NCBI GenBank assembly: GCA_010093605.1
Contig: MU004182.1
Location: forward strand, 2,031,195-2,095,194
Direction of reading: 5' to 3'
Source of the DNA: Lophium mytilinum
Lineage: Eukaryota
DNA: 64,000 nt
Shown here: positions 26,876-39,960 of the stretch, one piece after another
How the letters are laid out: each line of letters begins with the position of its first letter
Position numbering within the stretch: position 1 is the stretch's first letter
The notes under the pieces: generated by a model
Databases searched by the model: none
Told to the model about the DNA's origin: nothing
Seen by the model: the letters and a program-made list of their open reading frames with translations, nothing else
Program-made: the position numbers and the translations under genes

Positions 26876-29508
26876 GGATTGGCAGCCTTGATCATGACTT
26901 AGCATTTGAAGATCCTCCGGCCAACAGGGTCTGGAGTTCGGGGTTGCGCATTACGACTCTCGTTCTTGACTCGTATACGGCTATACGCCGTAAGACCACT
27001 TTCGTTGGGAAAAAGTACCGGTGAAGTTTTACAAATCAGCCCTTCGTTTTAGCGGCATCGCGTTTTTTCTCGCATTTAGGGCATCGCAGACGGCAAGAGC
27101 TGGAACGTGCATTTAGAAAGCGCCGGGTCGGATCTCAGCAGTTCAACATGCATTTTTTACTTCGTCTCGCACGTCTCATGGCCTTTCCGGAGATCGTGAA
27201 CTCTACCATTCTACTAGCCAGCACTTCCGCGGCGCAACAATAGCCATAGCGCGGCAACTCCGTCTAGTTTCGAAGTAACCATGGCGGGGATTAGCATCAC
27301 GTTAGCTTCCCGTCGCAGCTGGTAGCTAAATTCTATTCCTGACCGCTTCCAAGTATGCTCGGACCTTCTGTTTGCCTTCGCCTCGCGCTGATCATGCTTG
27401 GGATCGAAGGTGCTGGGTACGGGTTCAGTGGCTTTCATGGCTCTGGAACAGCGGCCGTTAGTGGGAGGCCTTACGGTCGAACTCAACAGGGCTGAACAGA
27501 ATGGCGGTGTCAGGGCACTGAACCCCAGGAAAGCGGTTGCGCTTAGAATATCGAGTGCGAACAAATCAACGGGAATACCGCTGTTTGATGGAATGCCGAT
27601 CGAACAATGCTTACTATTGGGCTGGAGTTGGTTTGGGGATTGTGGCGGTGGTGGTGGTTAACTGCCTTTCCGGGCTGGCGTCAGCAGCTAGTGGGCGCCA
27701 CAGTCAGATTCCTCCTGGGCTGTGAAGAGGATAGGCAGGCTTTCTGTCGTAGAAGTAGGTGCTAAAATGCTCGAAGGGGCTATTGCTTGGATGTAGGAAA
27801 GTCGTTGAGCCGCTTCCACTATACTTCGCGGGCCCTCTACCGAATCAGCGTCACGTGCATACCACGTGCTAGCGACGCTAGTCCATATATTTGGCTTAAA
27901 TAGGCAAACGCTATGGCACTGGCGTCTTTGCGAAATGGGATTACTAATTCAAATGCACACCTACATCGGTTTTCGAAGACATCTCCGCTGTGACCTACCT
28001 GCCTCCGGTTCGCATATCCGGCCTTCAACCACTGTCTATTCACTGACTTACAAGCTAAAGTCAAGCCATTGTACACCGCCTGCTTTTCCGACCCCAACTA
28101 CGCTACCTGAGACACAGTCCCTCAAAGATGGCCCAGAGCCGACGACCATCCAGCGGCTTTGCGCAGTTGAATGTACAGCCTCATCCAATAACCGAATACG
28201 AATCACGTGCCCGCCTCCAACCTCCCGGTCGTCTCTCGGCTCCAACCTCCGTTCATCCTCCATCCTTCAACTTTCGTCCTGTTCCGGGCGCTAGATCCTG
28301 CGGCTCCTCCCGCCTCTATTTCTGTAGACTCGCTACGTCCTTTAGCGCTGCTGCCGGCTTCCCTTGCCAGACTTCAGGTGTCCGTTGCTATGCTTAATGT
28401 TCCTTCGGCAGTGCAGTTCGTAGGAGCGGGATCATCGTCTTGTGTTTTAGCATGGCCTGATGATGCAATATAACATTGCTCTATACACGGTGCAGGATGA
28501 ACGTATCCATGGAATTTAATTCTGAATTCTGAGGCAGACGCCTGATCGCCCAATCTAAATTTACGCTTTCTGGAAGTTTCAACATAGCTCCCCAATGAGC
28601 TACCATCTCCAATTCGTTTGCAGCGCCACGAAGGCTTTGGCGGAGTTAAGACTCTCCAGTCAGGTGTAATAGACAACCAGGGGTGATTCTGCACTACTCC
28701 AGGTCTTGCACAACTCCTGTGTTACAAGTGCATCTCGACTGGCGGAAATTAAAGACAAGCTTATTGGCAAAGGGGTCTGACGACCAACGAGAAAACTGAA
28801 CAAAAGTAGAAAGTTTGCATTTCATCATCCCCAAGCCAAATTCGAGGTTCCCAACGTCATAGAAGATGGTTATATTTCAAAGTTTTCTTTCTCTGTCGTC
28901 AATCTACCACCTAGAAGTCTCACTCCTCCATTACTCGTTTGTGCATAATGTAAGGTACCAATCAAATCTTTGCCTCGGCTCGAAGGTGAGTGCTCTTTGA
29001 TTCGATCAATCCTGGAATTTTTATAGCCTTGATTCCCCACGTCTCACCTTCTCAGCCCCGTCCCGGATACTTGAAGCCGATGAAACATCTAGAGCTGCTC
29101 CGTCGAGACAATGCTGGGCAATGTCTCTTCCCCGGCTGGGTATGCGGAACTTATCGAATCAGTACTGACATCTCAGCTGCGCATATCGAACAACGCACTC
29201 CACACTCCAGCTAGCAGGACTCTGCTGGCACCAGAGGTCTCAGACCAGCTATCAACTACGAGACTGTTATTAACCATCACCATTGGGATTGTTCGCTAAG
29301 CAGACATCTAGTACACCGACTAGTCATGTCTTAGCATAAATCTGCAAGAGCATGAGTCAAGTCTTAGTACAGCAGTTGCTCACTCAAACCTCCTAGTCCA
29401 CGGATCACATCCTCCGCTATCTCCTTCGCACATCTCGAATACACCCTTTCACGCTAGTGTCGATAGTGGTAGACCCACGAACGACCAAACGCTAAGTAAC
29501 ACTCAATT

Positions 29509-29536
29509 CACCCTGTACTAGCCACCCTGTACTAGC
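29509..29536 (+). repeat. Perfect 14-bp tandem duplication
   Basis: CACCCTGTACTAGC x2. Confidence 0.8.
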
Positions 29537-30476
29537 ATATCGTCTATCCGCCCCAACGATCATCAAGTGCTCAACCGGATTTCTTCACGAATCCCGCTCC
29601 GAAGTTCCACTCCGCGAGGCTATGCACCAGCTTCTCATCATATCAGAAAAAAAGGCGCAAAGCCGAGACGCAGACGCTTCCATCGTGGCGTATTGCTCAG
29701 CGTATTCGTGCAGGTGTTGGCACCTGGGGCGGGGCCGGTGGGGCGCAGCGTATCCACTCCACACTTTGCAATCCTTTGAGTAAATCCTCATTCAAGGAGA
29801 ATGGCGAGGGAACAACTTAGGATTCCTTACCCAAGTATCCCAAAGAAGCGACTCGAATTTCAGGCCCTGTCGCAACAGCAGCCTTGGGATGTTCGATCGT
29901 CACTGGCCGGTGTACTCGTCCCTATGCTGCTTCAGAACTCCACGCCCAACGTACAGTGACAAGCCATATTTTTGGGCACACTGGTTTGCCACTGCTTGAG
30001 GTTACCCCATAGGAACTCAGCCATTCGAGAGCGATATCACCTCTCAAGCAGCGTAGATTAGACAGCCTATTGACCACATGGCTGCTCAGCAGCCAGGCTA
30101 AACCCCAGCAGTGGTGTTGTCGAATGAGCAATGTTGGAAATCAAGGAGGGACAGATTCGTGCGCCCAGACTTATGGTCCAGTACTGCAAAATTTAAAAGA
30201 GTAGAAACGGGGGCACATTGCACCTAACCAGCTTCCCCTCTTAATCAAAACCTCCTTCTACAGAAGTATTTAGCGCGGACGTCCGTCGCCCATGACCTAC
30301 TCATGGTACATCCATCATCAGAAACCCAAACTAGCTAAAAGCTCTGCACCTCATCAGGTAACAGCTCATCGAACACTGCCAGCCAGGCATACACATCCAG
30401 CAGCGCACTCAACGCCCACCTCCTTCCACCACGCCCAGCTTACCAAACTCCTCGCCATAGCCCCTTCCCAACCCCC

Positions 30477-32315
30477 TCATCCCAAATCCTCCCTCACCAA
30501 ATCCGCCCCCCTCTCCGCAACCGCATACACCGAACTCGTCACCGGCCCCTTCGGCACGATCGGAAACACACTCGCATCGCACACCCTCAAATTCCCCGTC
30601 CCATGCACCACCAGCTTCTCCCCCACCACTCCCCCTCTCGCCAGCGGCATCATCGCACACGTCCCGCACGGATGGAACTGCGTCACCGCCCTCTCCCGCG
30701 CATACGCCTTCGCCTCCTCCAACGTCTGCAGCCCTTGCTGCGGCGTCCGCTTCCCGCCCTCCTTCAACATCGACGTTAGGGGTTGAGAAGAGAAGAGCGA
30801 GTTGCAGAACAGCAGGTGGCGGGCGAAGACGTCGAGGTCGAGCGGGTGGGAGAGGTAGCGCGGGTTGATTTGCGGCGGGTTAGAGGGAGAGGGGGAGACG
30901 ACGTGAACGGTGCCGCGGGAGAGGGGGTGCATGAGGGCGGGGACGAGGGAGATGGAGTTTGTGCCGGAGGGGGAGTGGATGGGGAAGATTTCCACCGCCG
31001 CGGCGCTGAGGGAGAGCATGCTGTCTGGGGTTGGGGAGAGGAGGGTGGAGGCGAGATGCTGGGCTTGCAGGCGCTGGGGTCCTGGAAGGGGGTCAGGGGC
31101 GTTGGTGAGGTGGGTGGAGACGAGAGACGCGAGGGTTGCGGCATCGCCCGGGACGGGGAGGTAGGCCATGGCGCTGAAGCCGGCGGAGAGGGGGCCGGAG
31201 CGGTGGGTTGTGTAGGCGGCGATTGCTTCGGCGAGCTTAGTGGGGTCACGAAGGGAGTCGAGGGAGTCGGAGGGGTTGAGCACTTCGGCGGTTAGGGTGG
31301 TCATGACGTGGTCTTGGAGGTTTTCGCCGACGTTGGGGTTGGCGATGACGACGGGGATGTTGAGGGAGGTGAGGAGGGCTGGGTCGCCGATTCCGGAGAG
31401 CTCGAGGAGAGCTGGGCTGCCGAAGGCGCCGGCGCAAAGAATCACTTCGCGGCTGGCGTGGGAGATATGGCGGATGCCGTTTATGGTGTACTGGACCCCG
31501 GTGGCGATGACAAGTCCGTCCGTTGGTTTCTCGAAGACTATCTTCTCGACGAGGGCGTTCTCTTTTAGATGTAGGTTCGGCCTCGACTTGACGGGTTCGT
31601 AATAAGCCACTCCCGCATGGCTTCTCGTAGCAGTCCTCGGATCGATATAACTCGGGCAGCTGTACGCACCAACTGCCTCGCCAGAGATGGGATCTTTCGT
31701 CGCCTTGTGGCCTAGAGCCTTCAGCGTTGCGCCAAGGAGTCTCGTCAGCGGCATGGTGAAGCTCGAGATGGCGGTTTGAACGGGTCCGTCCTTTCCATAA
31801 AGCGCGTAGTCCATGTAGTCAATGTCGAGCTCCTTTGCAAGCTCAGCGCTGGGTTGATGGAAGGTCTGGAATTTCTTGTAGTAGGGGGCCATGGTGTTGC
31901 GGTCCCAGCCAGTGTTCCCGAGCTCAGTCCACAGGTCGAACATCTTCTGCGAAGGATAGACTGTTGACATTGCGTTTATGGCACTAGAGCCACCGAGGAC
32001 TACGCGTTGTGATTAGAGCTAAGAATTTGGACGTCATGGCATGTTGTTCGCACCTTTTCCCCGAGGGTGGTTTATCACTCGCCCATTGAGTGACTTTTGA
32101 GGCACTGTGTTGAAAGACCAGTCGTATTTCGGATCCCCAAACAGCTGCGTCACGTACCCAGGCACTTGGATCTTCGGATCCGAGTTGCGATTTTCGCCGG
32201 CTTCGACGATGAGGATCTGGAGGTGTGGGAGCTCTGAAAGGCGATTCGCGATTACTAGACCAGCTGTTCCGCCCCCAATGATAATGAAATCGAACGATTC
32301 TTCGGAGGTCGCCAT
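30477..32315 (-). CDS. GMC oxidoreductase (no signal peptide)
   Basis: FDFIIIGGGTAG, PRGK|VLGGSSAINAM, VILCAGAFGSP, VGENLQDH, HPLSRG, FHPCGT, NLRVCDASVFP; one intron. Confidence 0.95.
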
Positions 32316-32949
32316 ATTTGAAGTTAATTTCTTAGCCTTGACCTTGAAGATTGGCGTTGCGATTAGCAGGTTCAGCAGCTATATAGAAGAGCGACAACAT
32401 TTTGAATCTATTAACTTAAATGCTTACTTAGCTGGCGATCCCACCGCAGCCAATAATAGTCCAATTACACACATCAAATGCAAAGAAAATAAATGTATGG
32501 TTTTATGCCTTTGAATAGGCGGTATGACTGTGGATCACCATGTCGCTTACGTGAGATGTTGTAGGTTGCAGTTCCTCCTCCAGCTAATCACCGCGAAGTA
32601 TGTAACATCCTCTTGGGGTAGTACGAGCGACTTTTCCCTCAGCATGCACGCTCTCGATAACGTATCAAAGAACTTAGACGATGGTACGCGTTTGTAAAGA
32701 ACCTCGTTCTTGGATATCATTGATAGAACGTAAATGATAACAACAATGGCAGAAAAGACCCCAATAGAAAGTGACTCGATCTCAAATGATAGAAGCTACA
32801 GGGCAGAAGGTGTATACATGAGAGACTACTAGACGTATATGGGTATCCGAATGAAAGGGTACGGCAGAAGCTCTTGCGGAAGCGAATGACACTGTAAGGG
32901 GGGGAATATACAAAAAGCAAAGTCATCTCTTTACCCAACTTCTCGACCC

Positions 32950-34749
32950 TCACATCTGTAAATTCCTCTTTCCTCCTTTTCCTCCCTTCTCCGGCGGTGG
33001 CCTACCCATCTGCCCCCAATACCCCATCCTATGTCCTAACATATCCGCATCCAGACATCGAGGCCTCTTATGGTCCTCAATCGCCCCAAACGGCCAGATC
33101 GGCACAAAGCAAACCTCATCATCCCCGCACCCGCGGCACTGCTTCCAGCTGGTCCACTGCAGATAATCCACCAAGCCATCTAACGCAGACACTGCACTGA
33201 CCAACCCCGCCTCCTCTGTCCTCCTATCCGTGGCATCAGCATCGCTTACATCGGAGACGGCTGCGAGTGCTGACGACAGCACGCTGCAGATCCTATCGGC
33301 GATGGCGCGGACGGCCCCCGCGGCGAGGGAACTGTTGGCGGCGGGTACGTTGGAAACGAACTGGGAAGAGCAGCGGGCGGCTTCGGCGAAAGGGGGACGG
33401 GCGTCGTAGTCGATGAAGGGTCGTAAGAGGGTTTCGAGGTAGATGGAGAAAAGGGTTGTGTTTGTGCGAATTGGGTCGGACGTCAGGTATTGGAGGGGCT
33501 TGGAATAGCGAGCGACTATCATGTCGGCAGTTCTTTGCCAATCGAAGGACTCACGTGCGGCGGTGACGGCGTCGTGGGAGAGAATCATGTTACGAACCGC
33601 AGAGCGGATTGAAGCGAGATTGTCGAATGAAACATTCAGGAGTCGTGGCAGCGGTGGCTCTTCGTCATTTCCTGAGGCTAAGAGGAAGAGGTCGAGAGGG
33701 TAAGCGAAGGCTGAAACGAAGTGGTCATAGTCGAGTCGCACCCTCTCGCCTCCTATGCCCGGATATCTGTCTGTAACGGCCTGCATATACCGGAAATGGC
33801 CCATCTTGCCGGAGAAGTCGCCCAAATCATTCCTATCATCAGGCCCTGCAGCGCGCGTAGCACGTACTAGGTCGACATCTTTGGAAAAGTTGCACAAAAT
33901 GATCTCAAAGCCGGCTTCCATGCGAAGGATACCATCGATGCGCCCCTCCCACTCTTTCTGCGCCATCTCGCACATACCGCGTGCGCGCTCATATTCCCAC
34001 ATGTAACGATGAGGCTCGGTTTCATTGAGCAGGACGAAATCTTGGGAGTCCAGGGTGCCGTTGTCTGTTTTCCCCGCAGACATGCCGTCTACATATAGGA
34101 GTCTAAAATCCTTATTGGTTTTGTAAGTGTGCAGCCAGCCGGCGATGAATCTTGGGGGCTGACCATCGCCCGGGCTTTCGTGCAATGGATGCTGTGAACC
34201 CAGTGGAGGTAGTGGAGGGAAGTCTTGCGCTTCTTCTTTCATTATCATAGGAGGGTGTTTAAGAGGAGGATGCCCGTGAGGTTCAGGAGGTGGAGATTCA
34301 GGGTGCCCAGGAGGCGGAGGCCCAGGTGGTGGATGCCCAGGAGGCGGCCGGTATCCAGGAGGAGGCGGCCGATGTCCCTTCGTAAGGTCCTCCTCCATCT
34401 CCCCACCTGGAGGCTTACCTGGACGGCCTCCTCCAGGACCTCCAGGACCAGGCCTCCCGCGCGCAAAGACCAGAGAGTGTTCTGGCTCAAACGCCAACCA
34501 CTCCATGCCGTCAACACGCTCCTCCTTCGACGTGCCATGATACAACTGCGTCCCCTCCGGCACCGTCGCAAGGAAGAAGGACATTCCATTGTGATTCAGC
34601 GAGGAACCCCATTGGCGCATCGAGGAGTGGATCGCATTGAAGATATGGTTTGCATTTCGAACTTCGTCCGAGGCGGGGTCTGATGGAGTTGAGGTTGAGA
34701 GAGCAATAGAAAGCGTGCTTGATAAAGATATAAGAGAAGAGAGCTTCAT
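32950..34749 (-). CDS. Secreted uncharacterised protein with Pro/Gly/His-rich insert
   Basis: 599-aa intronless ORF; N-terminal signal peptide MKLSSLISLSSTLSIALS; Cys-rich C-terminus WKQCRGC..CFVPIWP. Confidence 0.85.
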   Translation of the reverse strand: MKLSSLISLSSTLSIALSTSTPSDPASDEVRNANHIFNAIHSSMRQWGSSLNHNGMSFFLATVPEGTQLYHGTSKEERVDGMEWLAFEPEHSLVFARGRPGPGGPGGGRPGKPPGGEMEEDLTKGHRPPPPGYRPPPGHPPPGPPPPGHPESPPPEPHGHPPLKHPPMIMKEEAQDFPPLPPLGSQHPLHESPGDGQPPRFIAGWLHTYKTNKDFRLLYVDGMSAGKTDNGTLDSQDFVLLNETEPHRYMWEYERARGMCEMAQKEWEGRIDGILRMEAGFEIILCNFSKDVDLVRATRAAGPDDRNDLGDFSGKMGHFRYMQAVTDRYPGIGGERVRLDYDHFVSAFAYPLDLFLLASGNDEEPPLPRLLNVSFDNLASIRSAVRNMILSHDAVTAARESFDWQRTADMIVARYSKPLQYLTSDPIRTNTTLFSIYLETLLRPFIDYDARPPFAEAARCSSQFVSNVPAANSSLAAGAVRAIADRICSVLSSALAAVSDVSDADATDRRTEEAGLVSAVSALDGLVDYLQWTSWKQCRGCGDDEVCFVPIWPFGAIEDHKRPRCLDADMLGHRMGYWGQMGRPPPEKGGKGGKRNLQM

Positions 34750-36301
34750 TTTGAATAGTAGAACGAGCCAGGAAGCTCAGAAAGAGTCGAGGCCAAAATT
34801 GAACAAACGAAGAAAAGAAAATAACGGATGCAAGGGAGAAAGGGTAGCAATCTAAGGTAGGGTTATATTTTCAGAGCAATCGTATCATCGGGACAAAGTC
34901 GGTAGAAGCGTCGTATGTATTTGTTGCGGCCTCATCTCGCTTTGCTGTTTCGAGATAGCAGCCTGGTCTTGACGCGCGTCAGCCGAGCGGCCTCAATTTC
35001 TGGGTGGGTATCCTGGGATGTTGTTCACGTGACCTTTATCAATACTTCCAAGGCCACGCAAGACTATGAATCTTCACTATGCTTTCAAGAGAATAATGTC
35101 TGGTCTGGCAGATGCATATCTTGAAAGTAGCAAAAAAGATGGCGTTCTAGAGGCATCAAGTTGGCTTCGCTGCTTCAACCTTCCTGATTTTAGGTTGACG
35201 CTCAAAGAGCATGCAATCTGGGCATGAATCGATACGTGATCGACGAAGTCGAAATGGATATTTGCACTCATGGCAACTGCAACTCTGTTTGGTAGCTCAA
35301 AAGTATCTCTCCTGTGACAGCCTGTTCAAGATTCTATCTCGAGTGGGAAGAATCACGTCCTCGACAACACAGTGCTCCGGTCTCTCCGCATCACGACGCG
35401 CTGTAGTCGGTCAAGAACCATGACATGTACAATCCACACAGCCAAAGTCGGAGGCTCATCTTCATTGCGTCCTCACTAGATGCCACAGCATCAAACCTTG
35501 GAAGACTAGCGGATTGAAGGTTGCGGACCTGTGCGAAGCATTCCTGGCCAGCGATTCCCACCCACTTTCGTCCGTTCCCCAGCTTCAGGCTACAAGCAGC
35601 AGTAGAATGGACCTTCTGTGAATTCCATTCGCATCGTAGCAGTCTTGTTGTCCCTGGTTTTAGACACCGAGCAGCAAATCTTCACTCCGTCGCAAAATCT
35701 GTCCCGTCCGCACAAATTTACCCAGCCCCCAAAGCCCGAGGACACACAGAGCCGGGTGGTAAGTCTTGAACGCAGTTTCCTTCTTCCCGTCCACTTTCCC
35801 CTCCAGTCAGCCCCAGGGAGAATGGGAGCGCAGAGTGAATATGGAGGGTGTAGTTTTATGTAATTGGGAAGAGGGAGACGCGAGGAAATTTTTGATTTGG
35901 GGGCGTTGGGAGATTACATAAGCGGGAGCTAGCGTAGATTGGGGAAAGCGCGGCTGGGGCGGATACGGTTAGGCTGGGATAGTGGGGGAAGGAGGGGTGA
36001 TGTGTTTTGTGGTGCGTTGGCAGAGGGACGAGGACGGCTTAAATAGTGAATCTGTGTGGACTCTCTGTGTGCGTGAAAAGCATATTCGAGGAGATATTTG
36101 AACGATTCCTTTTGGTTGTGAGAATAGGGCAAGCCTTGCAGCGTTGCCTCCCTGCCCACTGCCTGCTTGCATTCCCCACACCACACACAGCCGTGACTCT
36201 TCCACCAACACCAGCGACCTCGAACTCGAACGCACACGACCCTACACGATCGACAAATATCCCTTCTAGGCCATACTTCCAAGAAGTAATACTCAGACAT
36301 C

Positions 36302-37279
36302 ATGTCATCCAGCGCAGGAGGCCGTGGCCGTGGCGGAAAATTCAGCAAGCCAAAGCGTGGTGGTGAGCGCACCCTATAGTCTACCGAGGAGACTTCTGGT
36401 GGACAGACGCTATAGTAAACGGTAGCTAACACATGGTGTCATTGTAGGAGGGAAGCACTTCTCGAGGGATCTGCAGCCGCTGAATGCTGATGGAGAGGTC
36501 ATAGGCATGTGGGGTGTAAGTCTACTTTCACGTTCAGTCCCTTCACGAGGTCGAGGAATGGGTCTCCAAGCCTCTAAGCAATCCCTACTCTCCCACGAAT
36601 CACTTCACGCGCTCAAAGAACACCGCTGACCCTCTTCCCCTTGTAGGACGCCAAACCCAAAACCCTCGACGAAGAATCCGAAGACGACGATGAGGACGAG
36701 GAATCTTCCGAAGAAGAGTCCTCGGACGACGAATCCAACCCCAAGGAAGCCCTAAACCGCGATCAACGCAAAGCCGCCACCAAAGCCCGCAAGGCCGCCG
36801 CCATCGCGAAGCAGAATGCCAAGTCCGCCGCCCCAGGTGACATGCCCTCCTCCTCCGAAGAGGAAGACGAGGAAGAAGACGGTGATATGCCCGCCAATCC
36901 CAACCACAGCGCCAAAGCGCGGACGCAGGCCGCCACCCTAGCCACCCCCGCGGACGCCGAGGCTGTCAGCAAGGACAAGGCGAAGACGCCAATTGGGCAG
37001 TTGAGCCGGCGCGAGAGGGAGGCGCTGCAGGCGCAGCAGGCGAAGGAGAGATACCAGAAGCTGCATGCGGAGGGGAAGACGGATGAGGCGAGGGCGGATT
37101 TGGAGAGGCTGTCGCTTGTGAGAGAGAGAAGGGCGGCCGAGGCAGCGCGGAAGAAGGCCGAGGCCGAAGAGAAGGCGGAGCAGGACAAGAGTAAAGCCGA
37201 GCAGTTGGATAGGGAGAAGAGAATGAGGGAGGCAGCGTTGGGCAAGAAGGGAGGCAAGGGTGGGAAGAAGAAGCCATGA
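36302..37279 (+). CDS. PDAP1: 28 kDa heat- and acid-stable phosphoprotein (PP28 family)
   Basis: [51 protein letters not shown]; two introns. Confidence 0.9.
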
Positions 37280-37951
37280 ACACCTACACCTTGAAGGGCG
37301 GTCTTTGAGAGACGGTGTATGCATGACGATGGGTGGATTTCCTTTGTTGATTTTGATAGCCATGGGGGAGGGTATCGAAGAGGAAAGAAGACCTCCTTTT
37401 CTTGCATAGGGTAGCCAGGCAATATGTCGAAGCAGAGAGATTAGCAATGGATAGACGTCCTCCGCTGCAGACTTGGGCAGAGGCATCTCTCGCTCTGACT
37501 TAGAAGCATTCGTTCAATCTGCTAACCTACAGCTTCGTCTCTCCATAATATTCCAAAGCTTGCCCGTTACACCACCCTTCGCAGCTCTAGGCAACGCTGT
37601 GTGTCACGTCTCAGCCCTTTACGCAAAGACAACTCCTGCAGCACGACACAGAACTTAATCATGAATCATCTCCCGAGTACGAGCTGAAAGTACGCCCTAT
37701 GTATTCCCTAGATTTCCATTTACGTATATGAAAGTGTGCCTTACGACCAATCCAAATTCGCTGCTCTCTGATTGGCTCGCGGCGCCGCCCTTTCGTCTCG
37801 CTTCCTGCCCTTCGAACGACCAACCATCATCAACCTCAGCTCCTCGATTCCCAGCCCGATTCGTATATATCACCATCCGCAACCCTTCAGCAATGCGTTC
37901 ATCCACCTCGTCCCCGCGCAATTGCAAAGCCAGCCACCCTCTTAAACAACC

Positions 37952-38818
37952 ATGGCCTCCATGATCCCCGCCGACGAGCAGACAAACTACGAGATCTTTC
38001 GCGACTGTGTCTCGGAGCCTGTCCTACGCATCCTCGCAGCGCCGCCCAAGAAGGAACCCAAAAAGCGTAGAAGGGAGAAAAAGAGCAAGAAGCCCTCAAA
38101 AACCACCGACGTGAAGCAGGACTCGGAACCAGAGCCAGAGCCGCCCTCCCCACCGAACGACGCCGAAGACCTGAGCGAATTCATAGAGGTACTTCAGAAT
38201 ACTCTCCAACTATATAAACCCATCTAACAACCCCCCCAGTACCTCTCCACCGACATCTTCACCTCCCTCCCCCCCTCCCTCCGCACCCTAACCCACGCCC
38301 TCTCCACCGCATCCCCATCCCTACAATCCACCTACGCCCTCCCCCTCCCCCCTTCCACCCTCTCCTCCATAATCGCCGCTGTCCCCGTCTCCACCACCGA
38401 CTCCCTTACCTCCTACGCCCTCCTCACCTCCCCCCACCACAACCCCGCCGTCGACCTACCCCCCTTCCTCGGCCCCATTCTAGCCGCTTATATCACGACC
38501 GCCACCACCCCGCCCCCGCCGCCCTCCACCACGCGCACCGACGCCTGCGAGCTGTGCGAGCGCGACTGGATCCCGACGACGTACCACCACCTGATCCCGA
38601 AGAGCACGCACGCGCGGGTGTTAAAAAGGGGGTGGCATAGGGCGGAGGAGTTGGGGCGGGTGGCGTGGTTGTGTCGGGCGTGCCACTCGTTTGTGCATCG
38701 GTGCGCGGGGAATGAGGAGTTGGCGAGGGAGTGGTATACGGTGGAGCTGTTGAGGGGGAGGGAGGATGTGGGGAATTGGGTTAAGTGGGTGGGCAGGGTA
38801 CGGTGGAAGAAGTCGTAG
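37952..38818 (+). CDS. YisB-like HNH/zinc-binding protein
   Basis: Exon 1 NYEIFRDC..EDLSEFIE, intron 38189-38239, then CELCER..TYHHLIPK..WLCRACHSFVH (CxxC..HH..CxxCH HNH signature). Confidence 0.82.
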
Positions 38819-39960
38819 ACGGGAAATATATATCTGGAGAAGGGGTGGGTGGGTGGGAAGTGGTGGCTACGAGTTCGACGCCCGCGATGTTTGGAACTGC
38901 TGGAGTGGTTCGTGGTTGTTGGTGGGTTGTGGGGGCGCGATGGAGATATGGGTTTGAAGCTGGTAGGCAGTCGTGGGGCGTGTTCGGGATGGTTTCTTGA
39001 TGACCTCTCGCGTGTCGCGATGCGGAGAGAATCAGAGTCGTGATTATATCTTTTCCATGAGCGCTGCTGTTTCCGCATGAGGTTTCTCTGGAAGGTACCG
39101 ATCCGTAGCTACGCTCTTCGTCGCCACCCGCAGCCACGAAGTAAGGAGTAAGTTGTAAAAACGTCGCTCCATGTCACTTCGACAGACCCATCCCGTGTCG
39201 TGATGCAAAGTATTTGGGAACCGTGGCGTTGAAGTCGCGTTTCTCTCTCTATAGCTCGTTTTTATCTGTAGCCAACTTCAAATATCATAATTCATCACTC
39301 TCTTTCCCTTAGATCTCTCCAAAGCCGTAATCCTATTGTCGTGCTTGCTATTGTTGCCGCCGCTATTGTGTCCGTCTCACTAGCACCGTTTCCAAACTTA
39401 CATATGAACTTCCGCATCACCATCCTCTTCCGTTGCTTCACAAAAGTCAGCACCCCTTCCATCTTTCTCCTCTTCATGAAGCTGTAAAGTCTTTGTTAGC
39501 ATTTTCTCAGGTATTCCTTTTCTCTCCGCAAACAACCCGGTCACCACAAACACCACATCACAGCAAACCTAGCCCATGGATGATCAAACTCAAATGTTTT
39601 TTAAGGTATTCCTAAGTCGGAGTCTACCTATTCGCCTCGAACTATCTCATCGAGGACTTCCGCCGGAAGAGAAGTCACCACGAACCCCATATCCACCAGA
39701 GCTTTTCCCCGAGCTATTCTCAAAAAACCTTGCCACAAGCCAACTCAACCCACCAAGCCTGTTTGACATCCGAGTCGCAATTCAGATGTGAGGAAGCCGA
39801 GATCGCAAGAAGAGTCAGGGGATACATCGCTCGCAGTGACAAAAGGAAAGAGAGAGTGCCACTCTGAATAATCATTAAGCCGCCCTTCCACCGGTCAAGA
39901 GAACTATGGAAGAAGAGAGAGGGTGTCGTCTCGGTTGTAGTGCTCTCGGTTGCAGTCCAT

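Noticed and set aside
28455..28535. Possible box C/D snoRNA (TGATGA..CTGA)
   Set aside because: Box C context and terminal stem are weak; no convincing rRNA guide; needs snoScan/Infernal
35000..36050. Possible structured ncRNA such as telomerase RNA divergent from PDAP1
   Set aside because: No TAACCCTAA-type template or other diagnostic motif seen
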